A stretch of DNA of 32,000 nucleotides from Cylindrospermopsis raciborskii Cr2010 (GCF_003367075.2 NZ_CP065936.1:3150001-3182000), one strand, 5' to 3'. Counted from the stretch's first letter, positions 10,435 through 20,581 are shown. The notes: generated by a model not told the origin, from the sequence alone. A program made the numbers and translations.

Positions 10435-10626
10435 TTAAACTAATGTCTTTCCAGCATAAATGCCTGGTGCATAGGCTTCAATCACTCTACCTGTACGAGT
10501 ACAGTTGATCATTAAATAGTCACAAGCTGGACATTGGGTTCTAGTAACTTGACTCTCAGATATAAAATAGCGCTCCGCCATTTTGCCACAATTGGGACAG
10601 TGAACTTTACTATGTAAGACTGGCAT
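10435..10626 (-). CDS. Small zinc-ribbon protein (two CxxC pairs), function unknown
   Basis: CPNCG...CPACD. ATG at 10626 is preceded by GGGAG, whereas the ORF-track start 10668 lacks an SD. Convergent with rlmN, with stops 7 bp apart. Confidence 0.6.
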   Translation of the reverse strand: MPVLHSKVHCPNCGKMAERYFISESQVTRTQCPACDYLMINCTRTGRVIEAYAPGIYAGKTLV

Positions 10627-10991
10627 TTTAAACTCCCTGGATAACTTTTTGTTAATTTTTTCACCCAAACCAAAAAAATCTTTTTCCGATTTTGCTCATC
10701 ATCTCTGAGCTAATCTTATTAATCCTCATTCCTGAGATATATCAATTTATATTAGCTGTTCTATCGAACAGGTTAATTACTGATCCCCAGACCTTAATCT
10801 TTGAGACACTGTATCTTAGCCTGCACTACAAAAGTATCAGCTTATTTAATTCAACAGCTACAAATATGAAAAAACTGTATTACAAGTCACAGAATTTTTT
10901 TCTTAATAATCCATTAATAATATTGCAATAGGAGAACCGCTTTTAGCCCTTGTTTTAGCGGCGCTTCGACTAGTATAGTAACAGCCCACAA

Positions 10992-11065
10992 TCGGGATGA
11001 CTGGATTCGAACCAGCGGCCCCTTCGTCCCGAACGAAGTGCGCTACCAAGCTGCGCCACATCCCG
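10992..11065 (-). tRNA. tRNA-Pro (anticodon CGG)
   Basis: Hand-folded cloverleaf of 74 nt with no encoded CCA. Acceptor CGGGATG/CATCCCG, D arm GCGC-AGCTTGGTA-GCGC, anticodon stem CTTCG/CGAAG with loop TTCGGGA, T loop TTCGAAT. Confidence 0.9.
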
Positions 11066-11311
11066 TGAGAAAAACACAAGCAATAAAAATAATACTTCTC
11101 CCACTATAACATAAAAACTATCAGTTTTTCTAAGTTAGAATTTAATTTACAAACATCTTGCTTGGAACTGGAGTAAGATATATTGTATTGGGTGGAATTT
11201 ACAGCGATGTCTTAATAGTCTCCGCACCTGAAGGTGCAGAGATTGTCACAGATATCACACAACTCCACTCCTGGTCAAACGCTAGTGCTGTAAAAGAGAG
11301 GGGCAAGCATT

Positions 11312-11524
11312 ATGACAACTACAAGCATTTCTAAGAAAGAAATCGCCGCCATGACACCAAAAGATGTCAAAGATTTGGCTGCTCGTCTGGAACTAGATAA
11401 TTATAGCAATGCTTTTGATGGTTTAAATGATTGGCATCTACTACGGGCGATCGCCTTTCAGCGTCCAGAGTTGGTGGAACAATACGTTTACCTATTAGAT
11501 TTGGAACCTTACGATGAAGGATAG
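11312..11524 (+). CDS. Small conserved-looking hypothetical protein (70 aa)
   Basis: Clean ORF with coding-like composition and a purine-rich stretch (AGAGAGGGG) upstream of the ATG. Family not recognised with confidence. Confidence 0.5.
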   Translation: MTTTSISKKEIAAMTPKDVKDLAARLELDNYSNAFDGLNDWHLLRAIAFQRPELVEQYVYLLDLEPYDEG

Positions 11525-11580
11525 AAACCGTGAAATCAATCTACCTTACAGGGAGAGGGAGTCCCTCACTTTTAGCCGCG

Positions 11581-12276
11581 TCAACTACCCATTTCTTTTA
11601 ACATCTCTTCTACCCTAACCATCCCGTCCGCATCCCTACCAGTACGATATAGTCTTAGGGCTTGTCTTAAAGCATTACCAGCCTCTTGCATTTGTCTACG
11701 CTGTTTAAACATAGCACCTATTAACTCATACACCCGTGGGTTATTTCTATCTATTTTAGTTGCCTGTTCAAAAGCCCATTGTGCAGCATCATAATCTCCC
11801 AAACGGGTTTGACTTGCACCCAATCCTAAATAGGCATTGAAATTATTGCGATTAATCTGGATGGCACGACGGTAAGCCTCCTTAGCACCTACTGCGTCTC
11901 CTAGGTTCCCTTTAATATAACCAACAGCGTAGTAAAAGTCACTGTTGTTAGGATTGATAGAAATAGCTTGGCGGTAAGCAGATAATGACTGTGAAAAATT
12001 GCCTTGTTGAGCATACAAATAACCAATACCAGAATAAATTTTGGCATTTTTAGGCGCTAACTTGGCTGCATCTTGATAAACAGCAATAGCACCGCTGTAA
12101 TCTCCTGAATCTACCAATTTTCGTCCCTGCTCTAACAATTCTCGTAGCTTACGATTATCAGCTTGTACTAGTAATACCTCTCCTGCTTGAGACTGAGTTG
12201 TCATCACAGGACTAACATTTGAAATCACGCTTAATATTAGCGTTGCTAAGAAGAAAGATGTTTGTTTGTATTGCAT
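11581..12276 (-). CDS. Secreted tetratricopeptide-repeat (TPR) protein
   Basis: Signal peptide followed by repeated 34-aa TPR units (A..Y..A....P.N..A....G). Confidence 0.8.
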   Translation of the reverse strand: MQYKQTSFFLATLILSVISNVSPVMTTQSQAGEVLLVQADNRKLRELLEQGRKLVDSGDYSGAIAVYQDAAKLAPKNAKIYSGIGYLYAQQGNFSQSLSAYRQAISINPNNSDFYYAVGYIKGNLGDAVGAKEAYRRAIQINRNNFNAYLGLGASQTRLGDYDAAQWAFEQATKIDRNNPRVYELIGAMFKQRRQMQEAGNALRQALRLYRTGRDADGMVRVEEMLKEMGS

Positions 12277-12703
12277 AACTTTTTGGTATTTTATTCATCA
12301 AGATTTGGTGTATTTGTTGTACTGGAAGGGAATGAGTCAGAACGCCTACCCAACTATCATTTTTAGCCATCAACCCTTTCTATAGCGTTCCCACTAAAGC
12401 TATATTTTGAGGATAAGATCAGCAGTTAAAACCCCTCCTTTATACTCCACTTGCTATCGGTAACTTTCCTGCACACTAGTCAACAAAAAGACTAAACCCC
12501 AGTCCCTACCTACAGATTCTGAAAAATATCCTTTGATCAGGATTAACAGCTAGAAAATATTGCGATTGTACTAAGAACTTAAACCCAATATGTCACCCGA
12601 TTGAGCTGTATAAGCTTTCTAAGTCTAGTAAAGTCAATAAGTGACAAAAAGTGTTAAATATGTATATTTTGGGATAAAAGTAGTTAATAGAAAATGATAA
12701 AAC

Positions 12704-13162
12704 TTACCTTTGGCGCTGATATTTGCCCATGAGTTGTGCCTTAGCCAAAACATGATTTTTCATAGCTACCATAATGTCATTTTTAGTTACACCAGGTGGG
12801 AAATTTAGCTGTTTATCTAATGCGTAAAGATGAAAAAAATAATGGTGGATTCCAGTTGGTGGACAAGGACCACCATAACCCAAGATATCAAAATCATTTT
12901 TACCTTGTATACCACCACCGGGGATATGCTGACTGTTGATTATCTTTTCTGACAATTGGTTAATTGTTGGGGGAATATCAAAAACAACCCAATGAACAAA
13001 GGTTTTTCCCGGTGCATCTGGGTCATCCATAATTAAGCATAAACTCACCGTTTCTGGAGGAACCTCATCCCAGACTAAGGGAGGAGAAATATTTTCACCA
13101 TCACAGGTATACTTCATGGGAATTAAACCATGGTCAACAAAAGAACTGCTAGTTAGTTTCAT
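12704..13162 (-). CDS. YbhB/YbcL-family PEBP (Raf kinase inhibitor-like) protein
   Basis: DDPDAP...HW and GYGGPCPPTGIHHYFFHLYALD motifs. ATG 13162 (MKLTSSSF) fits family N-termini, whereas the ORF-track start 13198 is GTG. Confidence 0.85.
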   Translation of the reverse strand: MKLTSSSFVDHGLIPMKYTCDGENISPPLVWDEVPPETVSLCLIMDDPDAPGKTFVHWVVFDIPPTINQLSEKIINSQHIPGGGIQGKNDFDILGYGGPCPPTGIHHYFFHLYALDKQLNFPPGVTKNDIMVAMKNHVLAKAQLMGKYQRQR

Positions 13163-13322
13163 GGGTTTTTGTACCTTAGAAGTTATAACTGTAGACACCT
13201 TTAGGCGAAAGGAACCCGTCTATCCAAACCTGACTTTTACCTAGGTTTCTACAATCTTAAAGATAGCAAAACTTTCATGAATAAAAACTCGTCTTTTAGT
13301 CATATATAATTGGTAGTATAGT

Positions 13323-13583
13323 CTACCACTTCAAAAATGCCTCCTCAAGGCCCTTTTCTCTTCTAATCTTTCCATCTGATTCAAACCAATTAATAATTTG
13401 CTTAGCTGTCAATTGCTCAATTGGTAGCTCATGCTCCTGAGCAATATGTTGTAAAATCCTCAAGGAAGAAATGGTCAGTCTGGTTAAAAACTTCTCAGAA
13501 GATGATAACAGAGCTGCATCAACCTGAGCGGATTCATCGGGGGTTAAAAATTCAGTTGATGATTGATTAGGTAGAGCTTCCAT
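13323..13583 (-). CDS. Hypothetical protein (86 aa)
   Basis: ORF only, with coding-like composition. No family recognised. Confidence 0.45.
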   Translation of the reverse strand: MEALPNQSSTEFLTPDESAQVDAALLSSSEKFLTRLTISSLRILQHIAQEHELPIEQLTAKQIINWFESDGKIRREKGLEEAFLKW

Positions 13584-13713
13584 AAAATTTCTGGGTATGA
13601 GTTTACAATTACTACCAGTTCATTAAACCATAAAAAATTACGGTATGCAAAAACTACCCTAGGTCAAAACATAGAGTCTTTACACTACACTTGTTCGTCA
13701 TTACAACTTGCCA

Positions 13714-14394
13714 CTAGTTTCTCTTAATCAAGTAGACACATCTATGCTGCCCATCTATTAACCAGTGAGTTCTTTGCACACTACAATCGGGTAATATTGC
13801 TGCAAACATTTCCAGCTCATGTCCACACACACTAGGAAAAGACTCAGCAACATTAGAAATAGCGCAGGTGTGTTCCATAAATAAGAAGCCATGAGCACCC
13901 TCATGACCATCATCATTTTCTTCCACTGGGCGGAACTCAGCCATAAAACCTTCGGCCTTTCTTAATTCTACTAAGGTAGCTACCCTTTCTTCTAAACAAC
14001 CCTGGCCAACCTTTTCCTGATATTCCTGGGCTTTCCGTTCCCACTGCTTTTGTAAAATAGTTTTTACCTGCTCCCTTCCCACAGTTTCCGCTAGGGTATC
14101 CAATAGCGAAACTGCAAACTCCCCATAACCACCACTAACCTTAGTGGCGCTTCTTTGTAAATACTCCTTACCTCCTGGACTCAAATGATAAATGTGTTGG
14201 GGTCTACCCATACCGGAATTTTCTGGTATGGAATACACAACCATCTCATCCGTCTCTAAATCTTTCAAATGCCTACGAATAGCCTGTGGACTAACTTCTA
14301 GGATTTCTGATAGTTGGCCCGCTGTGGCTTGAGAGTGTTTCAAAAGATACTGTAGGATATCCTGCTTAGTTGAGGACTGCTGGGTAGTCGCCAT
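13714..14394 (-). CDS. sufR: SufR, iron-sulfur cluster biosynthesis transcriptional regulator
   Basis: N-terminal winged-helix domain (QLSEILEVSPQAIRRHLKDLE) and C-terminal four-Cys cluster region (HTCAIS...VCGHE...PDCS...HRCVY). Divergent from sufB. Confidence 0.9.
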   Translation of the reverse strand: MATTQQSSTKQDILQYLLKHSQATAGQLSEILEVSPQAIRRHLKDLETDEMVVYSIPENSGMGRPQHIYHLSPGGKEYLQRSATKVSGGYGEFAVSLLDTLAETVGREQVKTILQKQWERKAQEYQEKVGQGCLEERVATLVELRKAEGFMAEFRPVEENDDGHEGAHGFLFMEHTCAISNVAESFPSVCGHELEMFAAILPDCSVQRTHWLIDGQHRCVYLIKRN

Positions 14395-14431
14395 GTTAGT
14401 CCCAAAAAATTTTTCTAAAATTTGACTTAAA

Positions 14432-14445
14432 CAACACTGTTGTTG
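14432..14445. promoter_or_regulatory. Putative SufR operator 1 (CAAC-N6-GTTG)
   Basis: CAACactgttGTTG in the sufR-sufB intergenic region. It lies inside the spacer of a TTGACT(14422)-N17-GTTAAT promoter-like pair facing sufB. Confidence 0.65.
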
Positions 14446-14476
14446 TTAATCTATCGTACAATAGATTTGGGTTAAA

Positions 14477-14490
14477 CAACAGCCTAGTTG
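14477..14490. promoter_or_regulatory. Putative SufR operator 2 (CAAC-N6-GTTG)
   Basis: CAACagcctaGTTG with TTAAA/TTT flanks similar to site 1. Centre-to-centre distance to site 1 is 45 bp. Confidence 0.65.
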
Positions 14491-14591
14491 TTTTACTCGC
14501 CGATTTCATTCTAGCAGTTTAGTGACTGAGTTAGTTACACCTTAACCGCTAAACCCATTGCTTATCCTTTAAAGAGAACACAATAGAAACG

Positions 14592-16031
14592 ATGAGCGCA
14601 TCCGTCAAGACCCTAGTTAACCAACCTTATAAGTATGGCTTTGTCACTGACATTGAAACCGACACCATACCCCGTGGGCTAAATGAGGAAGTTATCCGCT
14701 TAATTTCCGCTAAAAAACAAGAGCCAGAATTCATGCTGGAATTTCGTTTGCGTGCCTACCGTCAGTGGTTAAAGATGACGGAACCAATTTGGGCGCATGT
14801 TAACTATCCACCTATTAATTACCAAGATATTGTTTATTATTCTGCACCAAAACAAAAGAAAGCAAAACTGAATAGTTTAGAAGAAGTTGACCCAACCTTA
14901 CTGGAAACCTTTGAGAAATTAGGTATTTCCCTATCCGAGCAAAAGCGACTGGCCAATGTAGCTGTGGATGCAATCTTTGATAGTGTTTCCGTGGCCACAA
15001 CATTTAAAGAAAAACTGGCGGAGGATGGGGTGATTTTCTGCTCCATTTCGGAAGCATTGCGGGAGCATCCAGAATTAGTCAAGAAATATCTTGGTAGTGT
15101 GGTGCCCATTGGTGATAATTATTTTGCTGCTTTAAACTCCGCTGTTTTTAGCGATGGTTCATTTGTATATATTCCTAAAGGGGTCAAATGTCCCATGGAA
15201 TTATCTACCTATTTTCGCATTAACTCCGGTGATACGGGACAGTTTGAAAGGACTTTAATTGTTGCGGAAGAAAGCAGCTATGTTTCCTATTTGGAAGGAT
15301 GCACAGCACCAATGTATGATAGTAATCAATTGCATGCTGCTGTTGTGGAATTAGTTGCTTTAGATAATGCTGAAATAAAATATTCCACAGTGCAAAACTG
15401 GTATGCTGGTGATGAAAATGGTAAGGGAGGGATTTACAATTTCGTTACCAAAAGAGGTTTGTGTCAAGGAGTCAATTCCAAAATTTCCTGGACTCAAGTA
15501 GAAACAGGATCTGCTATTACGTGGAAATATCCCAGTTGTGTGTTAGTTGGTGATAATTCAATAGGTGAATTCTACTCTGTAGCTCTAACCAATAATCGCC
15601 AGCAAGCTGATACGGGAACTAAAATGATTCATATTGGTAAAAATACTCGTAGTACAATTATTTCTAAAGGTATTTCCGCAGGCAAATCAAGTAATAGCTA
15701 TCGGGGTTTAGTCAAAATTAATCCTAGTGCCAAGGGTGCTAGAAATTATTCTCAATGTGATTCCATGTTGATTGGAGACAATGCCCAGGCCAACACATTT
15801 CCCTACATTCAGGTTCAGAATAATACAGGTAAAGTAGAACATGAAGCTTCCACCTCTAAAATTGGTGAAGACCAACTATTCTTTTTTGCCCAACGTGGTA
15901 TTTCTGCTGAAGATGCGGTTTCAATGATGATTAGCGGTTTCTGTAAGGATGTTTTTAACCAGTTACCGATGGAATTTGCGGTAGAAGCTGATAAGTTATT
16001 GAGCTTGAAATTAGAAGGTAGTGTGGGTTAG
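14592..16031 (+). CDS. sufB: Fe-S cluster assembly protein SufB
   Basis: 479-aa full-length SufB-like sequence, first gene of the suf operon. Confidence 0.95.
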   Translation: MSASVKTLVNQPYKYGFVTDIETDTIPRGLNEEVIRLISAKKQEPEFMLEFRLRAYRQWLKMTEPIWAHVNYPPINYQDIVYYSAPKQKKAKLNSLEEVDPTLLETFEKLGISLSEQKRLANVAVDAIFDSVSVATTFKEKLAEDGVIFCSISEALREHPELVKKYLGSVVPIGDNYFAALNSAVFSDGSFVYIPKGVKCPMELSTYFRINSGDTGQFERTLIVAEESSYVSYLEGCTAPMYDSNQLHAAVVELVALDNAEIKYSTVQNWYAGDENGKGGIYNFVTKRGLCQGVNSKISWTQVETGSAITWKYPSCVLVGDNSIGEFYSVALTNNRQQADTGTKMIHIGKNTRSTIISKGISAGKSSNSYRGLVKINPSAKGARNYSQCDSMLIGDNAQANTFPYIQVQNNTGKVEHEASTSKIGEDQLFFFAQRGISAEDAVSMMISGFCKDVFNQLPMEFAVEADKLLSLKLEGSVG

Positions 16032-16055
16032 TAGATCAAAAAGAGGATAGGAGCC

Positions 16056-16841
16056 ATGATTATTGAGAACAGTGATTTGATTTTGTCCGTTAAAGATTTG
16101 CAAGCCCAAGTGGATGGAACTCCAATTTTGAAAGGAGTTAATTTAGAGGTGAGAGCAGGTGAAATCCATGCCATTATGGGACCAAATGGCTCTGGCAAAA
16201 GTACCTTGTCTAAAGTTTTAGCTGGACACCCTACTTACAGTGTCACCAGTGGTGAGGTAGTTTTTCAGGGTGCTAATCTTTTGGAAATGGAAGCAGAAGA
16301 AAGAGCTAGAAGTGGTGTATTCTTGGCCTTTCAATATCCTCTAGAAGTTCCTGGTGTTAGCAATTTAGATTTTCTGAGGGTTGCCTATAATTCTCATCGT
16401 AAAGCCAAAGGTTTACCGGAAGTGGATACTTTTGATTTTGATGATTTAGTAATGGAAAAGTTGGAAGTTGTGAAAATGAATTCCAGCTTTTTAGAACGCA
16501 GTGTTAACGAAGGCTTTTCCGGTGGTGAAAAAAAGCGCAATGAAATTTTGCAAATGGCTATTTTAGAGCCTAAATTAGCCATCCTGGATGAAACCGATTC
16601 TGGTTTAGATATTGACGCACTCAAGATTGTTTCTAACGGGGTGAATCAGTTGACAAATGCAGAAAATGCCACCATCATGATTACTCACTATCAACGACTT
16701 CTGGATTATATTGTTCCTGATTTTGTCCATGTGATGGCTCAAGGACGTATTATTAAAAGTGGTGGTAAGGAGTTAGCTTTAGAGCTAGAATCTCAAGGTT
16801 ATGACTGGGTATTGGAAGAAGCTTTAGGAGTGGGTGTGTAA
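16056..16841 (+). CDS. sufC: Fe-S cluster assembly ATPase SufC
   Basis: Walker [10 protein letters not shown], signature FSGGEKKR, Walker [13 protein letters not shown]. Confidence 0.95.
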   Translation: MIIENSDLILSVKDLQAQVDGTPILKGVNLEVRAGEIHAIMGPNGSGKSTLSKVLAGHPTYSVTSGEVVFQGANLLEMEAEERARSGVFLAFQYPLEVPGVSNLDFLRVAYNSHRKAKGLPEVDTFDFDDLVMEKLEVVKMNSSFLERSVNEGFSGGEKKRNEILQMAILEPKLAILDETDSGLDIDALKIVSNGVNQLTNAENATIMITHYQRLLDYIVPDFVHVMAQGRIIKSGGKELALELESQGYDWVLEEALGVGV

Positions 16842-16843
16842 TT

Positions 16844-18223
16844 ATGACTATGGAAGTTTTCCCCCCTGCTGTTAGCGATTCTTTATTAGATTTGGATAAA
16901 GATGCTTTTTTAACTAGGTTGCTAAATCAGCTAAATGAGATTTGTCTATCAAAAGAACCAAGCTGGTTAGAACAAGTTAGGACTAATGCGACCAAGTGGG
17001 TGCGTCACTCGGTGATTCCTACTACCCGAGATGAAGAGTGGCGTTTTACAGACCTATCTCCTTTACGGGAGATCAGTTTCGCATTAGGTTCTAATTTAGG
17101 TAGTTCCCAAATTGCCATGGAATCTTTTATGGAGGGTTTAGGTTTACCTGAAGCTACCCACCGGTTGGTTTTTATTAATGGTGTTCTCACACCAACTTTA
17201 TCCCAGACTTCAGATCTACCCTCCGGTTTACATGTTGGTAACCTAAATTCTTTAGAAGATTCTGTTGCTCAGAAATATTTGGCGCAGTTTGACGGAACAA
17301 GAGATGTTTTTAGCGACCTAAATACTGCTGGTTTGAGTGATGTTGCAGTGGTATGGGCGCGCAAAAATGTGGTAGTTGAAGATCCCATACAGCTGTTATT
17401 TATTTCCCTGGTGGGAGAGTTCCCAACTTTTTGTCAACCCCGCTGTTTGGTAATTGCTGAAGGTAATTCCCAGATAAGTCTAATTGAGGAACATATTACC
17501 CTAACTACACCTTCACCACAAAATAATCCTAGTCCTGGTTTGAACAGTGGTTTTAACAACAGTGTGACAGAAATCTGGGTGCATGAAAATGCCCAGATCA
17601 ATCATTCTAGAATTGTCTTGGGTGGTGATCATAGTTTTGATATTGGTAAAACTGCTGTAACCCAAGCAAGATACAGTCGTTATAGCTGTAATGCCATAAC
17701 CATTGGTGGTAAAATTTCTCGTCACAACTTAGAGCTTGTACAAACTGGTGAACAAACTGAAACTAATCTCCACGGATTAACCGTTATTGCCCAAAAGCAA
17801 TTGGGTGACACTCATAGCGCGATCGCACTGAACTATCCTTATGCTACTAGTAGACAATTACACAAACTTATTATAGGCGATCGCGCCCATGGGGTATTCA
17901 ATGGTAAGATATTTGTTCCCAAATCTGCACAATTAACGGATGCGTCGCAGTTAAACCGGAATTTGCTTTTATCATCAAAAGCGAGAGTAGACACCAAACC
18001 CCAATTAGAAATTACCGCTGACAATGTTAAGTGTGCCCATGGTGCAACCGTTAGTCAACTAGAAGACGATGAAATCTTCTACCTGCAAAGTCGGGGAATA
18101 GGAGAAACGGAAGCGCGTAAGTTATTAGTTAATGCTTTTGCAACAGAAGTTATTAACCTAATTCCACTTGCTTCCTTGAGAGAGAAGCTGTTAAAAACAG
18201 TTAGCTCTCTAGTCAATAACTAA
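16844..18223 (+). CDS. sufD: Fe-S cluster assembly protein SufD
   Basis: 459-aa SufB/SufD-family C-terminal beta-helix region. Position between sufC and sufS. Confidence 0.9.
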   Translation: MTMEVFPPAVSDSLLDLDKDAFLTRLLNQLNEICLSKEPSWLEQVRTNATKWVRHSVIPTTRDEEWRFTDLSPLREISFALGSNLGSSQIAMESFMEGLGLPEATHRLVFINGVLTPTLSQTSDLPSGLHVGNLNSLEDSVAQKYLAQFDGTRDVFSDLNTAGLSDVAVVWARKNVVVEDPIQLLFISLVGEFPTFCQPRCLVIAEGNSQISLIEEHITLTTPSPQNNPSPGLNSGFNNSVTEIWVHENAQINHSRIVLGGDHSFDIGKTAVTQARYSRYSCNAITIGGKISRHNLELVQTGEQTETNLHGLTVIAQKQLGDTHSAIALNYPYATSRQLHKLIIGDRAHGVFNGKIFVPKSAQLTDASQLNRNLLLSSKARVDTKPQLEITADNVKCAHGATVSQLEDDEIFYLQSRGIGETEARKLLVNAFATEVINLIPLASLREKLLKTVSSLVNN

Positions 18224-18251
18224 GAAATCAGATAATCAAAACTAGCGAAAT

Positions 18252-19517
18252 ATGACATTTACATCAACTAAAACCCTAGCAGATCAAGTTCGTTCAGACT
18301 TTCCCATTCTTCAACAAAAAGTTCATGATAAACCCCTAGTTTATCTAGATAATGCAGCTACTTCTCAAAAACCAACCTTAGTATTGAACACTTGGCGGAA
18401 TTACTACGAAGAGTATAACTCCAACGTGCATAGGGGTGCGCATTTTTTAAGTGGAAAAGCTACGGATGCTTATGAAGCAGTAAGAGATAAAGTGGTTAAT
18501 TTTATCCAAGCAAAATCCCGTCAGGAGATAGTTTTTACCCGCAATGCTAGTGAAGCCATTAATCTAGTGGCTTACAGTTGGGGAATGAACAATTTACAAC
18601 CAGGAGATGAGATTATCCTCTCTGTAATGGAACACCATAGTAATATTGTCCCCTGGCAATTTGTGGCTCAAAAAACCGGAGCAGTCCTGAAATTTGTAGA
18701 ATTGACACCTGCACAAACCCTAGATTTAGACCAGTTTAATAACCTAATTTGTGAAAAAACTAAACTGGTATCTATTGTGCATATTTCTAATACATTAGGT
18801 TGCATTAATCCAGTCCAAGAAATAGCTAAAATTGCTCATAGATACGGAGCAAAATTCCTACTAGATGGATGCCAAAGTGTTCCTCACACCCCCATCAACG
18901 TCCAAGACATTGACTGTGATTGGTTAGTTGCATCTGGACACAAAATGTTAGCTCCCACCGGTATTGGCTTCGTATACGGTAAATTAGAATTACTAGAATC
19001 CATGCCACCATTTTTCGGTGGTGGAGAAATGATTGCAGAAGTATATTTAGACCATTCTACCTATGCAGAACTCCCCCACAAGTTTGAAGCTGGTACACCT
19101 GCTATTGGGGAGGCCATAGCTCTGGGTGCAGCAATAGACTATTTAACTAATATAGGGATGGATAAAATCCATGCTTATGAAGCAGAATTAACTAGCTATT
19201 TATTGGAGCAACTAGCACAAATACCCCAACTAACAATCTATGGACCAAAGCCAGATATTCATGGTGAAGGCAGAGCCGCTTTAGCGTCTTTTACTGCCAA
19301 AGGTGTTCACGCTAATGATTTAGCCACATTACTAGACCAAGAGGGTATAGCTATACGTTCCGGTCACCATTGTACACAACCATTACACCGTTATTTAGAC
19401 TTAGCAGGAACCGCACGAGTAAGTTTATCTTTTTATAATACCCGTGAAGAGATAGATGTATTTGTTAACACTTTGAGAGAAACATTAGATTTTTTTGCCA
19501 GTGTTTTTAGCGAATAG
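18252..19517 (+). CDS. sufS: Cysteine desulfurase SufS (class V aminotransferase, group II)
   Basis: PLP-lysine motif SGHKM and active-site RSGHHCTQP. Confidence 0.95.
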   Translation: MTFTSTKTLADQVRSDFPILQQKVHDKPLVYLDNAATSQKPTLVLNTWRNYYEEYNSNVHRGAHFLSGKATDAYEAVRDKVVNFIQAKSRQEIVFTRNASEAINLVAYSWGMNNLQPGDEIILSVMEHHSNIVPWQFVAQKTGAVLKFVELTPAQTLDLDQFNNLICEKTKLVSIVHISNTLGCINPVQEIAKIAHRYGAKFLLDGCQSVPHTPINVQDIDCDWLVASGHKMLAPTGIGFVYGKLELLESMPPFFGGGEMIAEVYLDHSTYAELPHKFEAGTPAIGEAIALGAAIDYLTNIGMDKIHAYEAELTSYLLEQLAQIPQLTIYGPKPDIHGEGRAALASFTAKGVHANDLATLLDQEGIAIRSGHHCTQPLHRYLDLAGTARVSLSFYNTREEIDVFVNTLRETLDFFASVFSE

Positions 19518-19550
19518 ACCGACATAAATAAATAGACCGACATAAATAAA
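19515..19550. repeat. Perfect 18-bp tandem duplication (TAGACCGACATAAATAAA x2)
   Basis: Read directly. The first copy starts with the sufS stop codon. Confidence 0.9.
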
Positions 19551-19567
19551 TGTATTGGGAAAAAAAA

Positions 19568-19822
19568 ATGGACTTTGTGAACATAGTGGGATTAGCTGCG
19601 GGAACCCTAACAACAATTGCTTTTTTACCTCAGATGTTACAAACCTGGAAAACCAAGTCAGCAAAAGATGTTTCTTTTGCGATGTTGATTACATTCATGA
19701 CTGGGTTGTTCTTATGGTTTATTTATGGTATTATGCTAGGCGCGACACCGATTATTCTGGCCAATGGTGCTAGTTTGTTTTTTAACCTAATTATTCTGGG
19801 TTTGAAGGTTAAGTACAGGTAA
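19568..19822 (+). CDS. SemiSWEET / PQ-loop family small membrane transporter
   Basis: Three-TM protein of about 84 aa with the PQ motif (FLPQMLQTWKTKSAKDVS). ATG 19568 is preferred over 19550. Confidence 0.75.
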   Translation: MDFVNIVGLAAGTLTTIAFLPQMLQTWKTKSAKDVSFAMLITFMTGLFLWFIYGIMLGATPIILANGASLFFNLIILGLKVKYR

Positions 19823-19868
19823 GAGGAAATATAGCTTTAATGCTATTAAATCCCCATACCACCCACCA

Positions 19869-20270
19869 TCAGCCCATTAAAATAACAGTGTCAATAACAT
19901 GAATGACACCATTGTCGGCCTCAATATCTGCTGCAATAACTGTAGCATTTTTAACTTCAAAACCATCATTACAATCAATTTTGATTGGTGAACCTTCTAC
20001 GGAATTAACCGTGCCCAATTGTGCTAAGTCAGATTTGGTCAATTTTCCGGGAACTACATGATAGGTTAAAATTCTTGCTAACTGTGGGATATTTTGCAAT
20101 AGGGTGGTAATGGTACCAGGGGGTAGTTTAGCAAAAGCATCATCAGTAGGTGCAAAAACTGTAAAAGGACCTGGACTTTTGAGAGTTTCCACCAAATTAG
20201 CTGCTTGTACGGCCGCTACTAAGGTTTTGAATGAATCATTCCCAACTGCAATATCAACAATATCAGCCAT
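19869..20270 (-). CDS. Fasciclin (FAS1) domain protein
   Basis: [11 protein letters not shown]...[17 protein letters not shown]...NGVIHVID motifs. ATG 20270 has AAGGTGG upstream, whereas the ORF-track start 20279 is GTG. Confidence 0.85.
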   Translation of the reverse strand: MADIVDIAVGNDSFKTLVAAVQAANLVETLKSPGPFTVFAPTDDAFAKLPPGTITTLLQNIPQLARILTYHVVPGKLTKSDLAQLGTVNSVEGSPIKIDCNDGFEVKNATVIAADIEADNGVIHVIDTVILMG

Positions 20271-20449
20271 TAATGCCACCTTTTATCTACCGAGGGATAT
20301 TTACAAATTGTAAATCATTGAGAGGTTAGGTTGCTCATCTCTCCTATCTACAGCTGTAATTGCTAGTTTTTCTCAAACTAGTTGACAAAAATTCTCAATC
20401 AAGTTAGAGTTTTATATAGTGTTCTCCTCTCTTTAAAGGATAGGCAAGT

Positions 20450-20483
20450 GGGAGTAGTCTTAGTGGCTAGTCCCTCTTTTTTT
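20450..20483 (+). terminator. Orphan intrinsic-terminator-like hairpin plus T7 tract
   Basis: GGGAGTAG-N9-CTAGTCCC (8 positions, one G-G mismatch) followed by TCTTTTTTT. No plus-strand gene lies upstream. Confidence 0.35.
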
Positions 20484-20504
20484 GATAATTATTCCTAATA
20501 ATCA
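20483..20504. promoter_or_regulatory. Fur-box-like AT-rich imperfect palindrome upstream of dps
   Basis: TGATAATTATTCCTAATAATCA, about 160 bp upstream of the dps ATG. Resembles GATAAT/ATTATC Fur-box half-sites. Assignment is speculative. Confidence 0.3.
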
Positions 20505-20556
20505 ATTGTTTTGGACAAAATTTGTTTTAACTTCTCACAACTTTTTTGAATACTGT

Positions 20557-20581
20557 AGCTGGTGTCATCTTATTGATTTTT
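20557..20581 (+). repeat. Direct repeat copy 1 (AGCTGGTGTCATCTTATTGATTTTT)
   Basis: Identical 25-mer recurs at 23565-23589. Weaker similarity continues about 13 bp further. Confidence 0.85.

Noticed and set aside
10692-10931. 79-aa ORF in the intergenic region between the zinc-ribbon gene and tRNA-Pro
   Set aside because: It has a non-ATG start, is extremely AT-rich and hydrophobic low-complexity, and lacks an SD. It is probably non-coding spacer.
11555-11573. Possible bidirectional terminator (GAGGG-AGT-CCCTC then ACTTTT) between the 70-aa ORF and the TPR gene
   Set aside because: It has only a 5-bp stem with a 3-nt loop and a short T run, which is too weak to call as a feature.
14815-18024. 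Minus-strand ORFs of 61-90 aa nested in sufB, sufC and sufD
   Set aside because: They are antisense to highly conserved genes with no supporting features.
19555-19773. 72-aa alternate-frame ORF over the SemiSWEET gene
   Set aside because: The other frame gives a clean three-TM PQ-loop protein, and this frame gives no recognisable protein.
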